Of a stretch of 64,000 nt of DNA, positions 25,126 through 41,208 are shown piece after piece (within the stretch, counting starts at the first letter, position 1; each line of letters begins with the position of its first letter). The DNA lies in NCBI GenBank assembly GCA_002269645.1, contig NIVC01002888.1, forward strand, positions 1 through 64,000. The letters are read 5' to 3'. A program made the translations under genes and the position numbers. The stretch is from Macrostomum lignano. Lineage: Eukaryota. Below the pieces are notes generated by a model. It had not been told where the DNA came from. It saw nothing but the letters and a program-made list of their open reading frames with translations, and did not search any database.

Positions 25126-26255
25126 TACACTGCCGTGGACTCTTTTAGCTGTAGATCTTTTCGTGTTAATTAAACGTGACGATTTTGAATTAACAATCCA
25201 ACTGCTTATTATCGATAATAAAGTAACTAGAGATTGTAAATAGGCCTGGTCCTGGAGCAAGTCTTAAAGTAGTATAGCTAAGCTAGCCATAGCTTCTAGA
25301 TTGAACCAGATCGACCAAGTTAAAAAACTTTTGTTACCATTTTTTAGAAAAACAAAAACAATGACTAATTTAGGTTAATTAGTTTAATTAATTTACTAAA
25401 ATGATTTTCAGAAATTTTTTAAAATAATTTATTTTTCTTTTAGTATCGCTGTGATTGAAGGTTATGTGTAAATAGTTTTTAATGTATGCATTTAACTTCG
25501 TGGTTTTAGAAGAATTTTTTCATAAATTCATTCTTGAAATGAAATATAACAGAGTTGATTGCCTTTAATTATAATTTTCTATAGTTGTAAATAGCGGTTG
25601 TAATGATACCATCTAATATAGGCTATGCGTATCCTTTTTAAAAGAAATCAAAATAAATTTTATTTTTTACTCCCTTCTCTATGCAAAGAAGTTAGTTTAT
25701 TTTCTCAAAGGTTCAAGAAACTTTAACAATTTGTTTTCTACGAGCCTATATGCAGACTTGCACGCTTGTATGTATTACTTGCAACCAAATGTATTAATTG
25801 CTTGATAATAGAATGCATTAGATAATAGGTTACTCTAAGTTTCGTTAAAATTTCTGGACACTTAGTGGACAAATATGGACAAATATCAGTAAGATTTGTA
25901 CGCTCGTATGTTGCTTACGACCTTACGTTACTAGTACTAAAGAAACATCAAACACTATAGCAATAAATGAAATTTCTTTCTTTTTAAAACACAAATTGCC
26001 TGTTCTGTCCCGTTTTCTGTAGCTAGCGATATTTTGTCTATCTGAAAATTTTCACTAGACAAACCAGGAAAGCAATACAGAGCAAAAATGATGTGTTGGT
26101 GAAGTAAAATGCCATATTCATAAGATGTTTATAATAAACTAGCAGCAAAACTATGCATTTAAACCAGTAAAATACTCTGTATGTTTTTCGTTTTCCTTGA
26201 CACCAATATGTAAATCTGTAGCGAGCGGTATCTAGCTGCTCAGAACAATGAGATA

Positions 26256-29200
26256 ATGTCCAACAGGTCGGCGCAATCAGCTCCGGAGGATCAGGACTTT
26301 GTTTGGGAGCGCGGCCGAAAGCTGTCGGCTGACACAAATAAGCGACGAAAGTATGTACTTATTGATTCTCGTTTTATTCCAAATAATCCAAAGTCAGGTA
26401 GTTGCAGCACAAAAAATTCCTAGCCCTACCCCCCCCCCCCGCATCAGGCGCCAAGAGCAAAAGCAGCGTCGAGAAGCCGACTCAGAGGAGAAGCGTCGTC
26501 AGGAAATACTGGAACTTCGACGCCAGAAACTGAAAGAAGCCACTGAGAAATATCAGCGCTGTAGAGGAACTCGGAAAGCTGTTGAACGGCGCAATCGATG
26601 TGAGTTTCCAACACTTTTGTCTAATAAATGTACTTTATTCGTATGTACGCTTGTATACTGTATCTTTAGAGCTGCTGGCTAGCTGTTAATCTGTCTTCCA
26701 CGAAAGGCAACACATAAGTTTTTTGGCTTTTGAACACAAATCAGCCACAATCATGGGCTTATTGTGTTATTATCGCCCATTTTGCAAACCCCCTCAGTGT
26801 CCAGAGTGTGTACATGCCTGAAAATGAGAAAGTCAAGGCCGCTGAACATCCTGTGTACGTATTCGTGAGGGTGCACCCTAAGTCCCCCTCATAAACTAGC
26901 TAAACATGTAGCTACTGCATGCGAGTGTGCTAGTCCGTGTCCCGGAACTTGTAGCTCGCATACAATGTCTCCAAAGGTATTCGACCTCTAGAACTCTAAA
27001 AATAATACACTATTACATATCGCAATAATTTTATCCCTGCTGAAAACTACCAAGCAAAAACGTGACTTTTCTAACCTTCCACAGCGAACAGCGCAACCAG
27101 ACACGACTTCGGCTACAGCAACAAGGAGCTGGAGGACACTCTCAGACTGCTGCAAGGCGGTAGCGGCGGTTTGCAGCGCTTCGGCAGTCACGATGGGCTC
27201 AACGGGCGCGCCGGCAGCGCTGGGTTCAGCCAAACTCAGCCGAGTCAGCCGCCGCCAGTGCCACCACAGCATCAGAAGCCGCCGCCGTCCGGTGGAGCGA
27301 CTGCTAGTTTCTTAGAAAAGTACGGCGGCGGCGGAGGCTCCGGCAGTCGTCCGATGTCCTCCACGTCGAACAATCGCGGACAGCAACAGCAGCAACAACA
27401 AAAACAGCAAAACCAAAAAAGCTTATTTGAGCAGCAACTGGCTGACTTTCAGCAGAAAAAGTGGGAAAGCCAAAAGCGCTCGATGCTGGACTTTCAGCAG
27501 GATCTTGAGTCCACTCTGCAGTCGGCTGCTCCGCCACCGCCAGTCGCTGACGAAGACGAGCCAGCTGACGAGGACGAGCTGAATGACAGTCTGAACTCTG
27601 CCAGAACGTACGATCGCTTTGTGCCGGAGGAGACGCCAGCGCCGGCGCCGCGCAAAGCTGCCGAGCCAGCGGAGACGTTCGAATCTTTCGATTCAACGGC
27701 CGCTCTTCGGCCGGAACTGTTTCGCGCTGCGGCGCCAAATTCGCCACCGGAGCCGCAACCAGAAGTGCCAGAAAAGTTCGAAACGGAGCCGCGAGGCATT
27801 CTCAAGAAGCAGACTTCCTACAGCTCTGACGGTGGTTCGTCCTCAACAGTTGAGATCCCCGTGTTCCTGCCGCCCCAGTCGCAACCAGCTGTCTTCAGCG
27901 AAGCTCGAGCAGGTCGCCTCCGTGACAGCGTTGAAATCTCGCGGGTAACGCTAAATCATCACCAGCAGGAGCCGGCACAGCCGGGGCAACAGGCGCAACA
28001 GCAACAGCAAGACGACGGTCGCAAAAAGAGCGTCCGATTTGCCGAGACACTGTTCGAGGAGCAGCTGCTGCATCCGCGCAGCCCGGAGACACAGCCTCCG
28101 CAGCAGCAGCCTCGCGGAGAAACCGCGTCGAACCGGGCGCCGCGTCCTACGTCCGGTCGTCCGACGGCCTCACAGCGAGCTGCGCAAGCGAATGGCGAGC
28201 AGCAACTGGCGGCTTGCGGCACTCGGATGCAGCAGGGCAGCCGGGCGAAGCTGCCCCAGACGGAGGCGACGCCGCTGACTGCGGAGCCGAGCGCGGACTC
28301 GGAGACACCGCCGCCTCCGCCCAGTCCCACAACGACTAGCAACGCTGTCGAAGGATTTTTCCCCGAGCCGGCGGCGGAGGAAAAGCCACGGCAGCGGGTT
28401 GAAGTTTGCATTCCGAACCAGGCAACTACGGAGCAAACTGCTGGTGCTCCCTCTGCTACTTCCGTTTCTTCTGTTGCTGCCTCGGCCGCCGGCGCATCAA
28501 AGCCCCCGGTGCCACCTGCGACATCTGGTCCGGGCTATGCCGCGCTGATGTCCAAGAAGCCGCCGAAGCCGTACAAGCCGCGGGCCCAGCCGGTGAAAGT
28601 GACTTCGTCTACCCTCAACCGCCTTGTAGCGTCGCCCCAGTCGGGTGCAGCGCCCGTTCCGCCGAACGTCGCGACGCAACCGTCCGACCAGCTGCAACCG
28701 CCGCAGCCTCAGCTTCGCTCCGGTCCGCTGCCGAAGAGGACAGTCTCCGACCCGAATCTCAGTCAGCAGCAACAGCAACAACAGCAGCAGCAGCCAATCT
28801 CGCTGGATCGTACACCAACAGATCAGGAGATCGACTTCCTCTGGTCGCAGGTGCGCGAATGTCTCAACCGATCGACCAGCAGTTTGGCTACCGAATCCGA
28901 CGCAAGCGTCCGCAGCGCCCCGGTGCCTCGAGTCCCGGACCAGCCGGTCGCTTCGCACCTGCTGATCGACGGGTCCAACCTGATGATGTTCGGCGGTCCT
29001 GGCGGCTCCGCCAGGGTCCACAGCGGCAGCGGCCTGCCTCCTCGGGTGGGCTCTGCGGCGCTGCTCCAGCACCGACAGCCGGCTGCCAGTCGCTTCCTGG
29101 AGCAGAACCAGCTGCTCACCGCTAAGCAGCGTCGCCAGGGTCTCGCCGGAGTTGCCGCCGCGCGCCAGCCTACCGCCGCTTCAGAGCGACCTCCGCTGCC

Positions 29201-32200
29201 GCCATCGTCGACGACAAGTGGCGTCGCGAGACAGGCTTTCAACGAACCGACAGCGCCTCTGCCGCAGCCCCGGCATTCGCAGCAGCAGCAGCAGGCTGGC
29301 ACTGGAAATAGCGGAGCGTTCGCGCCAGGTGAGGAGATGAGCTTTACCCGCAGAGTTGCTACAAAGTTAAGCAGAAGTTGGCTGCGGTCAGTACGCAGCC
29401 GAATCGGCTGATTGCATCACCCCCTCAGGACAGCCACAGTGAGAGATTGGTCAACAAAGCTGAGCTCCAGTTTTGATTAAGTTGCAGCTCTGAGCTGCTA
29501 TAGAAATGTATATTGTGGGAGCTGCGATCAGCACTGCACAAGCGGTACTCAGCCCTCAGAGGAGGCATTTGGGAACTGCGATTCGAACTAACATTGGGCC
29601 ATTATGACTATTCGTTGTCAACTGGTCTTAATCCCTGTGCATAAGTCGCTTATTACCGCTCAATTTTCTAGTTGTATTTAACTATCAGTACGCATACACA
29701 CAATAAGAGATTTGCTTCATGTTCTTCGCTTGCTAGTCTTTAGTAGGCGTGTTTGCAATAACCGCTCCCACCAACGCCCACCAACCACTTCAGTGAGCGA
29801 CTCGCTCGCGGAGTTCCTGGCCAACGAGATGGCACTGAGCTCAGTCGATGGCTCGGCAAGTAGCAGCCCGCGCGGCAGCGCCAGCAGCCAGCAGCCTCCG
29901 GTCCAAGCAGCTCCGGCGGCTGCTCGCCCGGCCTCATCTGTCCGCCGCGGCGTCATGCTTCGGCATCGGCAGCAGAACTCGCCGCTGTCGCTCAACCTGA
30001 TGACGCCGCCGATGCCGCAAGCTGAGGCGGCGCCCGCTCCGGCAGCGTCTAGACAGCGTATGTGGCTTAGGGTGGCAGTCTGCCCAAACCATAAAGCTGT
30101 AACCCTCGCCCTAAACCTCTTTATAACCCTCTCCCTAACCCTCTCCCTAACCCTCTCCCTAACCCTCTCTCTAACCCTCTCCCTAACCCTCTCCCTAACC
30201 CTCTCCGTAACCCTCTCCCAAACCTTCTTCCAAACCCTCTCCCTAAACCCCCTCCCTAACCCTCGTCCTAACCCTCTCCCTAACACTCTCCCTAACCCTC
30301 TACCTAACCCTCTTCCTAACCCTCTCCCAAACCTTCTTCCAAACCCTCTCCCTAAACCCCCTCCCTAACCCTCGTCCTAACCCTCTCCCTAACACTCTCC
30401 CTAACCCTCTCCCTAACCCTCTCCCTAACCCTCTCCCTAACCCTCCCCCTAACCCTTTCCCTAACCCTCGCCCTACCCTCGCACTAACCCTAGCCCTAAC
30501 CCTCGCCCTAACACTCGCACTAGCCCTCGCAGTCCTTTGCCGAAGCGACGCTATATTGCTACCCTAACCGTCGCCAAACCTTGTAGTTCATCATTTGGAG
30601 CCAGAAAGCGTCAATTTTCGAGTGGCAGAAATCTTCATTTTGACAAATGAATCGTCATTTAATCGCCTTGGCGCTTTTTGTCTCGTCCTTTGAGTAGTTC
30701 TAACTAAAATTATATATCCCAGGGTTTCAAAAAAAACATGAAACAAGAGTCCTAAACTCATGAATCACCAAAATCCATCAATTCCCTACTCCCAATTACA
30801 GAGCAGCCTTCGCAACTGTCGCTAGAAGAGCAGCGACTAATGAAATCGTTGGACCGATTGAACACAAAACTGGGAAGGTGAGAGCTCTGAGAGTCTCAGA
30901 ATTTAGTATAGCAAAGCAATAAATTATGATCAGATAGATAATTAATAAGCTCGATTTGAAGCTGAGGATCAGCCAGTTTCCATCAATTTACTTCGCAGAA
31001 ATTACATGTATTTTGCTTTGTTACTACTTATTATCTGTAACAGAAAATTAGTATGCACGCACATTTTTTCTACTTATACATGAATCGTATGATTCCCAGG
31101 ATAAATGCCATTGTAATAAAAGAAACCAGGTTACTGTAAATTTAAATATATTCAAATGTTCGCCAACAGATTTCGTTAAACAAATTTAAACATCTATAAT
31201 ATATTTGGTTTGAAACCCATTCAGAACTTAGAACATTCTGAGTGGCTAAATCCTGAAAAATATTATAACTAATAAGCATTAAAAAGTAATTTCTGCTGCT
31301 GTCATGCAATAAAACAAAACAATGAGAATGATAATTTCGGCACGCTTCGTATCAGCATGAAAATCTAAAGATGATAATTATGTACCACCTTTGAATTTCA
31401 GTGACCGGTCATAGCCATGAAGCTTGGTGTCAAGTAAAACCTCAATTTGGCTGCCACCAATTACTTTGATTGATTCAGAATTTAATATGAAAAATCGAAT
31501 ATGTATCAGATGTATCTTAGAAAGATCAAAATCAAACAATTTGCCTTAAATATCAATTTGTGCCTATCCAACTAATATTTTCAGCGACTTTTAATAACAG
31601 TTTTCTGTTATTAATTGTTTTTTATTTGCTGTTAATCATTTTACTGATCAAATATGATATATTACAGTGTTCGATGCCTTAAAATTTAATTTATTTCCTA
31701 TTCTATGTTGTCTTTTATCTAACCTGGTAAATGCATGTGATTTTCCGCCTGAGCAGCGCTTAGTCTTCTGTGTCCATGCAAATTATTCTTGAATATTTTT
31801 TACAACTTTTTTTCTCGTTTCGTAACCGCGGGTACATTTTCTAAGAAAGCCATGGAAGATTAAATTGACGTCACATATGGTACCAACAAGGCTATTCCGT
31901 ATGCATGAATGCGTTTTTTATTATTTAGTAATCTACTTTATAATGGAAAAGATTGATTGATTCCTGGTAATGAACTCTAATCTTGTTCTCAAATTGACTT
32001 TCTTCTTTAAAGTGCTGTGCCTGTTTGTATATTGTGCATTTTATGTCTGCCTTAATACCCAACAATTATGTCACATATCTTTGTGTGTAATTTTTTTTGC
32101 GAAACCTGTTCGAAATTTATTGTGATTTATAAAGAAATACGAAGTAGAGACACTCCATATTTACGAGAAAGCTCTGCATGTAGCGGTCAATACATGGAGT

Positions 32201-32331
32201 CAGGGTTGCATATCGACTTTAAAGAGTGCACGAGCTACTTACAACTTCGATAGTTTTAACTTTACTTGGTTTTTTCGTCTAACAGGCTAAAACACACAGT
32301 CTGTCAGAAGAACTACAAGAGTATGAGCTAG
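26256..32331 (+). CDS. CEP126: CEP126/KIAA1377-like centrosomal coiled-coil protein, 6 exons, about 958 aa
   Basis: Exons 26256-26350, 26448-26599, 27085-29328, 29794-30057, 30802-30877 and 32286-32331, phase-consistent, total 2877 nt. Remembered CEP126-like blocks: [67 protein letters not shown] and [16 protein letters not shown]. Confidence 0.72.
30100..30530. repeat. 12-bp telomere-like minisatellite (CTAACCCTCTCC) in CEP126-like intron 4
   Basis: More than 30 degenerate copies with a TAACCCT core. Confidence 0.9.
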
Positions 32332-32833
32332 AAATATGAGTTAGCTCTTACTTTATTTTAGTTTACTTTAGTTTTTAGTTTCTAGGCCTTTCTATTGTTC
32401 AATTTTCTAAATAATTCAGAGACATAATGCGCCAAACTTTCTACTCTTAGTAGGCTATAAATAAAATAACGATTTATTCTTTCACACTACATCTCTGCTG
32501 GAGAGAAGATTCTAGAAAGTTTATACAGATTTCCACATATGGAAACTGGATGCCTGACGGAGAATACGAGCTAAAGAAACTCTGCTCAAGCTGCTCAAGA
32601 ATTTACAAGGTCGAGGCAGAGTTTGCTCAACAATTCCAGCTCTGCGAGTGTATTCAATCCCTTACCCCTCGCCTCACTCTATTGTTCCGAGCAACTGCAA
32701 ACACAAGAGAAATATGAGAGAGCAAAAAAAACTAGAATAAGCCAGGAAAAGCCGAGCTAGTTCGCATCAAGCATCTTCTGCTTGTGCTTGCTTTCAAAAC
32801 AGTTGAGTCTGTCCATAGTGGCAAGCCGAAAGC

Positions 32834-35802
32834 ATGGCTGAGATATTCCAACAGCTCTACAGCATCAACATTGTCAGCTACGTTGGTGTTGAAGACTTTG
32901 CCGACAGACTGAGCTTCCAGATCACCGTCACCCTGCTGACTGCGTGCTGCGGCCTCACAACTTTCATGTGCTACATCATGCGGCCGGTGGCCTGCTTCCA
33001 GCACAACACCTTCGGCGAGTTTATGGATGGAAAGGTGACAGTTAAATCAACTCTTCAGCTACCTCAGGAATTACCCTGTGAATTTACCACCGCCACTATA
33101 CCCAATACAATAAAATCAGACTCCATTTTACAAGTACAATTTTAACGTCTTCCATAAACCACAAATTTAGAGTCACAAATTCTCGGCACATTCCGTTTAC
33201 TCCTGAACACACACAAGCCCGCCAATACTGTACACTCTATCTGTGCTTTGGGGTCGGCCCTCGCACGACAACGACAATGTGGCCGTGGAGCAAAAGGAAT
33301 CAGATGCGTTTATCGTCGAGCCGCATCGCCTCCCTTACCCAGCCTGCTATACCAGAAGCTACTCAAAAAATGACTAACCTAGTGCTAAATTCTCTGTGCT
33401 GGCACAAATTTCCAGGACATCGGCGGCCAGATCGAATATTCGACTAATTTCTGCTGGACCGAGGGCACCTACGCGGTGCATCCAAATAATTTCAGCATCG
33501 ACATCACGGCCAGAGATGGCGGCATGAGTGCCTACGCGGACAAGAAGATTGTCTACTACCAGTGGGTGCCGTTCCTGCTGGCCCTGCAGGCACTGATGTT
33601 CTACCTGCCTCGGCTGCTGTGGAACAGCATCAGCTACGACAGGGCCGGCACAGACGTCGGCCACATCATCAAAGTGGCCAGCGATGCCGGCAGAGAAGAA
33701 GAGGAAGCGCACGACAAGCTGATCACCTATGCGGTCAGAATGATCGAAGTGATGCTTGACAGGACGCACAAGTGTCACGAGGAGCGGCCGTTGGTTGCGA
33801 CGACTAAGAATAAGTGCTCCAGGTGAGGCCGACTGTGGGAGCGGTACGCAAAGGATACGTGTTGGGGACGAAATGACAAGTATTAGTGCAGCAACAGGGA
33901 CAGGGACAGTGTCAGCGATAGTGACGATTCACAGCCGAAAGGACCAGCCCCCAAGGCACAGAGAGTGCACATGCCTGACCTTGTGTGAGCGTGTGTATGA
34001 CGCTGAAAGCGGCCGTGGGATGATATCGCCGTGGTGGGGAGGCTTCACAAGCGCTAATTTTCATAAGCGCTAATTTTCATAAGCACTAACTCACCTACTT
34101 TCACAAGCGCTAAACTTCACAAGCGCTAAACTTCACAAGCGCTAAACTTCACAAGCGCTAAACTTCACATTAGCTACGAATTTTTCACCTACTTTCACAA
34201 GCGCTTAACTTCACAAACGCTGAACTTCACAAACGCTAAAACACAAATGTCGCCTACTTTCACAAGCGCTAAAATAGTATATTAGTATATTAGTATATAT
34301 AGTATATTAACATTTTAGCGCTTGTAAAAGAAGCCGAAATTCGTGTTTTGGGGATTGTAAAGGTTAGCGGTTGTGAAGTTTAGCGTTTGTGAAGTTTAGC
34401 GCTTGTGAAGTTCAGCGCTTGTGAAAGTAGGTGGTTTCGCTATTATGAAGTTTAGCGCTTGTGAAATTTAGCGCTTGTGAAAGTCAATGTCGTTAGCGGT
34501 TATGAAAATTAGCGCTTGTGAAAGTCAATGTCGTTAGCGGTTATGAAAATTAGCGCTTGTGAAAGTCAATGTCGTTAGCGGTTATGAAAATTAGCGCTTG
34601 TGAAAGTCAATGTCGTTAGCGGTTATGAAAATTAGCGCTTGTGAAAGTCAATGTCGTTAGCGGTTATGAAAATTAGCGCTTGTGAAAGCGACCCGCCGTG
34701 GTGCCGCAGCCCTCCTGCGAATATTTATTTTTACGACACTACTCCAGTCTCACCAAGAACGAGATGCAACGCTTAGCAAAGACTCCCCCAACCCGCTTAT
34801 TCCACCGATTTCAGATTCCTGTCCGTAGCGCTGCCGTCCCGCATATCGGGTAGCTGGCTAATCTTCACCTACTTGGTTGTTAAGCTGACCTACGCTAGCA
34901 ACGCAGTTGCTCAACTGGTGCTGATGCAGTACTTCCTGCAGTTGCACGGCTCGCACTATCATCTGCTGGGCATCAGCCTCCTGAGCGACATTGTGCGCGG
35001 CCACGATTGGCACAACAGCATGGCTTTCCCCCGCGTCGGCTGCTGCGCCGTTTTTATGCGCTCTGGCGCGGCAGGCAACTGGCAATTCTGCCAGTGCACC
35101 CTGCCGGTGAACATCATCAACGAGAAAATCTACATCTTTCTGTGGTTCTGGTTCATCTTTGTAGCCGCTGCAACTCTGCTGAGCACCATCGTCTGGCTCT
35201 ACCGACTTGTTAACGCCAGCTTAACCTGCCGATTCGTGAAGAAATACCTCCGGCTCGCCGATAATTATTCGGTCGAGCTGCGCAACCGCAAGAGATTTCT
35301 GCGCAACTTCACGCATCAGTTCCTGCGACGGGACGGCGCCTTCGTGCTGAAGATGGTCGCATTAAACGCCGGCGATGTTGTCTGCGCCGAGATCATCCAG
35401 CGCCTGTGGCAGCACTATCTCGTAGATGAAGGCTTCAGCGACGACGGGGAGGCGGCCGAGGAGTCGCTGCTGTTGGAGGAGGGATCTGAGCAGCAGCAGC
35501 AGCAGCCTCAGCAAGCGGAGCTGAAGAAGCCCGAGACCGGCATTCTCAAGCTGTCGTGCGACCGCCTGCCACCAAAGCTGGAATCATCCAGAAGGAGGCT
35601 TCGAAGGTCGTCGCTTGGAACGCCAACCGCCGCCGCCGCTGAGGCTGCCGCTGCCGCCGCTGCGACAGCCGCCGAGGACCCGACCGTGGCGGCGACTTTG
35701 CCCCAGAAACGCTGCCTGAAAGGTGGCCTCAGCCGCGGCGTCAGCTTCCACATTGACGAGGACCGAGATGACGAGGCGGACAGTGAGGGAATCAAGTCTT
35801 GA
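32834..35802 (+). CDS. Innexin (gap-junction protein), 3 exons, 531 aa
   Basis: Exons 32834-33034, 33416-33822 and 34815-35802, total 1596 nt. Motifs GVEDFADRLS, NFCWTEGTY, YYQWVPFLLALQALMFYLPRLLW, FPRVGCC, CTLPVNIINEKIYIFLWFWF, FLRRDGAFVL. Confidence 0.95.
33826..34036 (+). mobile_element. Partial SINE family B copy in innexin intron 2 (host of the foldback insertion)
   Basis: CCCCCAAGGCACAGAGAGTGCACATGCCTGAC..GAGCGTGTGTATGA matches the reverse complement of 46384-46470. Confidence 0.55.
34037..34694. mobile_element. Non-autonomous foldback element (Mutator-like), 658 bp, 9-bp TSD
   Basis: The left arm of (TTCACAAGCGCTAAAC)n is inverted relative to the right arm of (TTAGCGCTTGTGAA)n around an AT-rich spacer. 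Termini GGGAGGCTTCACAAGCGCT / AGCGCTTGTGAAAGCGACCC. Flanked by direct repeat GCCGTGGTG at 34028-34036 and 34695-34703. Confidence 0.82.
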
Positions 35803-36599
35803 ACTCGAATCGGCTTGAATTTCGCAACTCGCGAGGCTACTTTCAATAGCAGCTGTGCATCAGTTGCATCGTTTCAAAATCCAAGAATTTATTTAGCGCC
35901 GAGTTTTGTGAAAATATCTACGGTCCTATTTAGCTATCGAGAGTTTATTTTGTAAATGTAAATTTAAAATATATACCTTGCATTACAACCGTTTCGGTTA
36001 TCTATAAAAGTTTTTTTTTAAACTCCAAGCTGCCCTATGGTTAGCAAAGCTGGCCCTGGCTTAGCTTTAGCCGTTGTTAATATTCCAATATTTCTACAGT
36101 CAATGACTGAGACAAGCCATAGTTCTAAGCCTTTCCTGCCAGCAACACTGACCACATAATATCCACCAGAGGAAATGCATGTTTGCTTACTTCTATATGT
36201 AAAACTGTGAAGCCGATTATCACAATTTGGTGTACACCTACCTATAGAATTTGTTCTATAGCTGGCCAATCTACATTGGCTCTGTACTGTACGAAATGTA
36301 CAGTATTGTATAATGTACAGCTAATTCTTCGCATAGACAAAATGCTCTCTTCTCTGCAGCGATAGTCTATGGCCAGCCCTGCTGACCATGTATAAACAAT
36401 ATGCTCCCTACACCGCAGCAATAGTCTATGGCCAGGCCTACTGACCGTGTTTAAAAAATTTGCTCCCTTCCCTGCAGCGATAGTCTATGACCTTATTTTC
36501 TTATTTTCAGTCTTCTGTGTGAAGAGACTTTAAGCAAATAATATAAAGCCCTTGTCGTTTGATCTGCAGCAAATCCGATACTGCAGAATCTTCAATCTT

Positions 36600-37030
36600 C
36601 AAAATAACCTAAAACTGCTTAAAAGCTACTCCGAAACTACGAGTAATTTAAACTACTTTGAAAAAACTACTCTAAAACTACTGCAAAACCAACCAACGCT
36701 ACCCTAAATGTAAAACTGAAACTAAGAGCTACCTATAAACTACTACCAAAACTACCAAAACGGCCCAAAATTGCAAACAAAACCACTCTAAGGCTTAGAC
36801 TGAAGCTTGCCAGTAAATTACAACCAAAACTACTTTAAAATTACGTTTGAACAAAAGTAAGATACTCCAAATCTACATTCGAAACTCTGAAACTACCTCT
36901 GAACTGCCATCAAAGCTAGGAGCGTCCGTAATGATAAGAACAAAATAACGTTAAAGCTGCAACGCAAACTGCTCCACAATAAGGCCAAAACTACCCTAAA
37001 ACTGCGAAAAACACTGTCTGAGAAAATTAC
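36600..37030. repeat. Degenerate AAACTAC-rich low-complexity repeat
   Basis: Many imperfect AAAACTAC units. Confidence 0.6.
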
Positions 37031-37549
37031 AAGAAAATAATCCACCCTCAGAATCAGCAGCAGCCGAAATACGTTAGCCAAACCGACTTCTACCCAATGC
37101 AGTCTGAGAATTAGTAAAAGTAGCAATCGCCTCAAACAGAGGTCGACATGAAGATAAGAGTACAAATGCGCTCTTCTTCCCTTGGGACACTTCCATTTGG
37201 TTCGTGTAGGAAATTCCCAAAAGCAAGAGCTCAACCTGGCCGGAAAATTTCCTGGTTGATCCTCCCTCTCATTCTCATCTTTCCCACGTGACGTTGGAAC
37301 ACCCTTATCAGCATCGGGTGTTTGTCAAAGGGTCTCGGGATTAGAGATCGTCTATTAGATAAGAGGCAGGGGCAAAGTAGAAGCAAATATATCGGTCACG
37401 AAATAACGTACAGCTTCAGTAAGAGCAGATTTTCCTGGGCTTTTTCTTGGTTTCGGTAAATCAGCTCAACTTTATGAGGCCAGATTAGAAGCATACAGTT
37501 AGTAATTTGAATGAAGGGCAGAGCTAAACGCTGCAAAATACATATCAGT

Positions 37550-37840
37550 GGGTAGCACACTGATGGAGCCGAGGGTAGCACACTGATGGAGCCGAGGGTA
37601 GCACACTGATGAAGCCGAGGTAGCACACTGATGAAGCCGAGGTAGCACACTGAAGGAGCCGAGGGTAGCACACTGAAGGACCTAATAGTAGCACACTGAA
37701 GGACCTAATAGTAGCACACTGAAGGACCTAATAGTAGCACACTGAAGGACCTAATAGTAGCACACTGAAGGACCTAATAGTAGCACACTGAAGGACCTAA
37801 TAGTAGCACACTGAAGGACCTAATAGTAGCACACTGAAGG
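37550..37840. repeat. Two adjacent related minisatellites (GTAGCACACTGATGGAGCCGAGG and GTAGCACACTGAAGGACCTAATA)
   Basis: The shared GTAGCACACTGA core switches its flank at about 37680. Confidence 0.9.
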
Positions 37841-38268
37841 ACTCCCACCTAGATTTCCCACCACTCTGCTGTAGACCTTTCAAGTCTGAAGCTTTCATTT
37901 ACATTGCAACTCAACCGAGGTCTCTCAATTACTAGAAAACTTGAACAGACAGGAGTGGGTAGAAATAGCCGCATTGAATGTAAACACAAGCAAAGAAGAT
38001 GAGGCTTCTCTGCACTGGCGCTTGTGTCAACATCAGATTGTCATTCTTATGTTGCCACAGTGTCAAAGTGGGATTAACCAAGGATTAACTAGGATTAGAC
38101 TGTGGTAATAAAATTTGTGTAGATTTAATTTTATTTTAGATTTTATAGACGCAAGTGTTTTTGATGAGTAATTTCTATAAATTGTCAAGCAGATCTGTCC
38201 CTCAATGTGGAGACTGGTGGCATGAGCTCAGAGTCGCTAAAGAAGCCCCAAGCCCGTGTTAGGACGAT

Positions 38269-41208
<2,940 letters not shown>

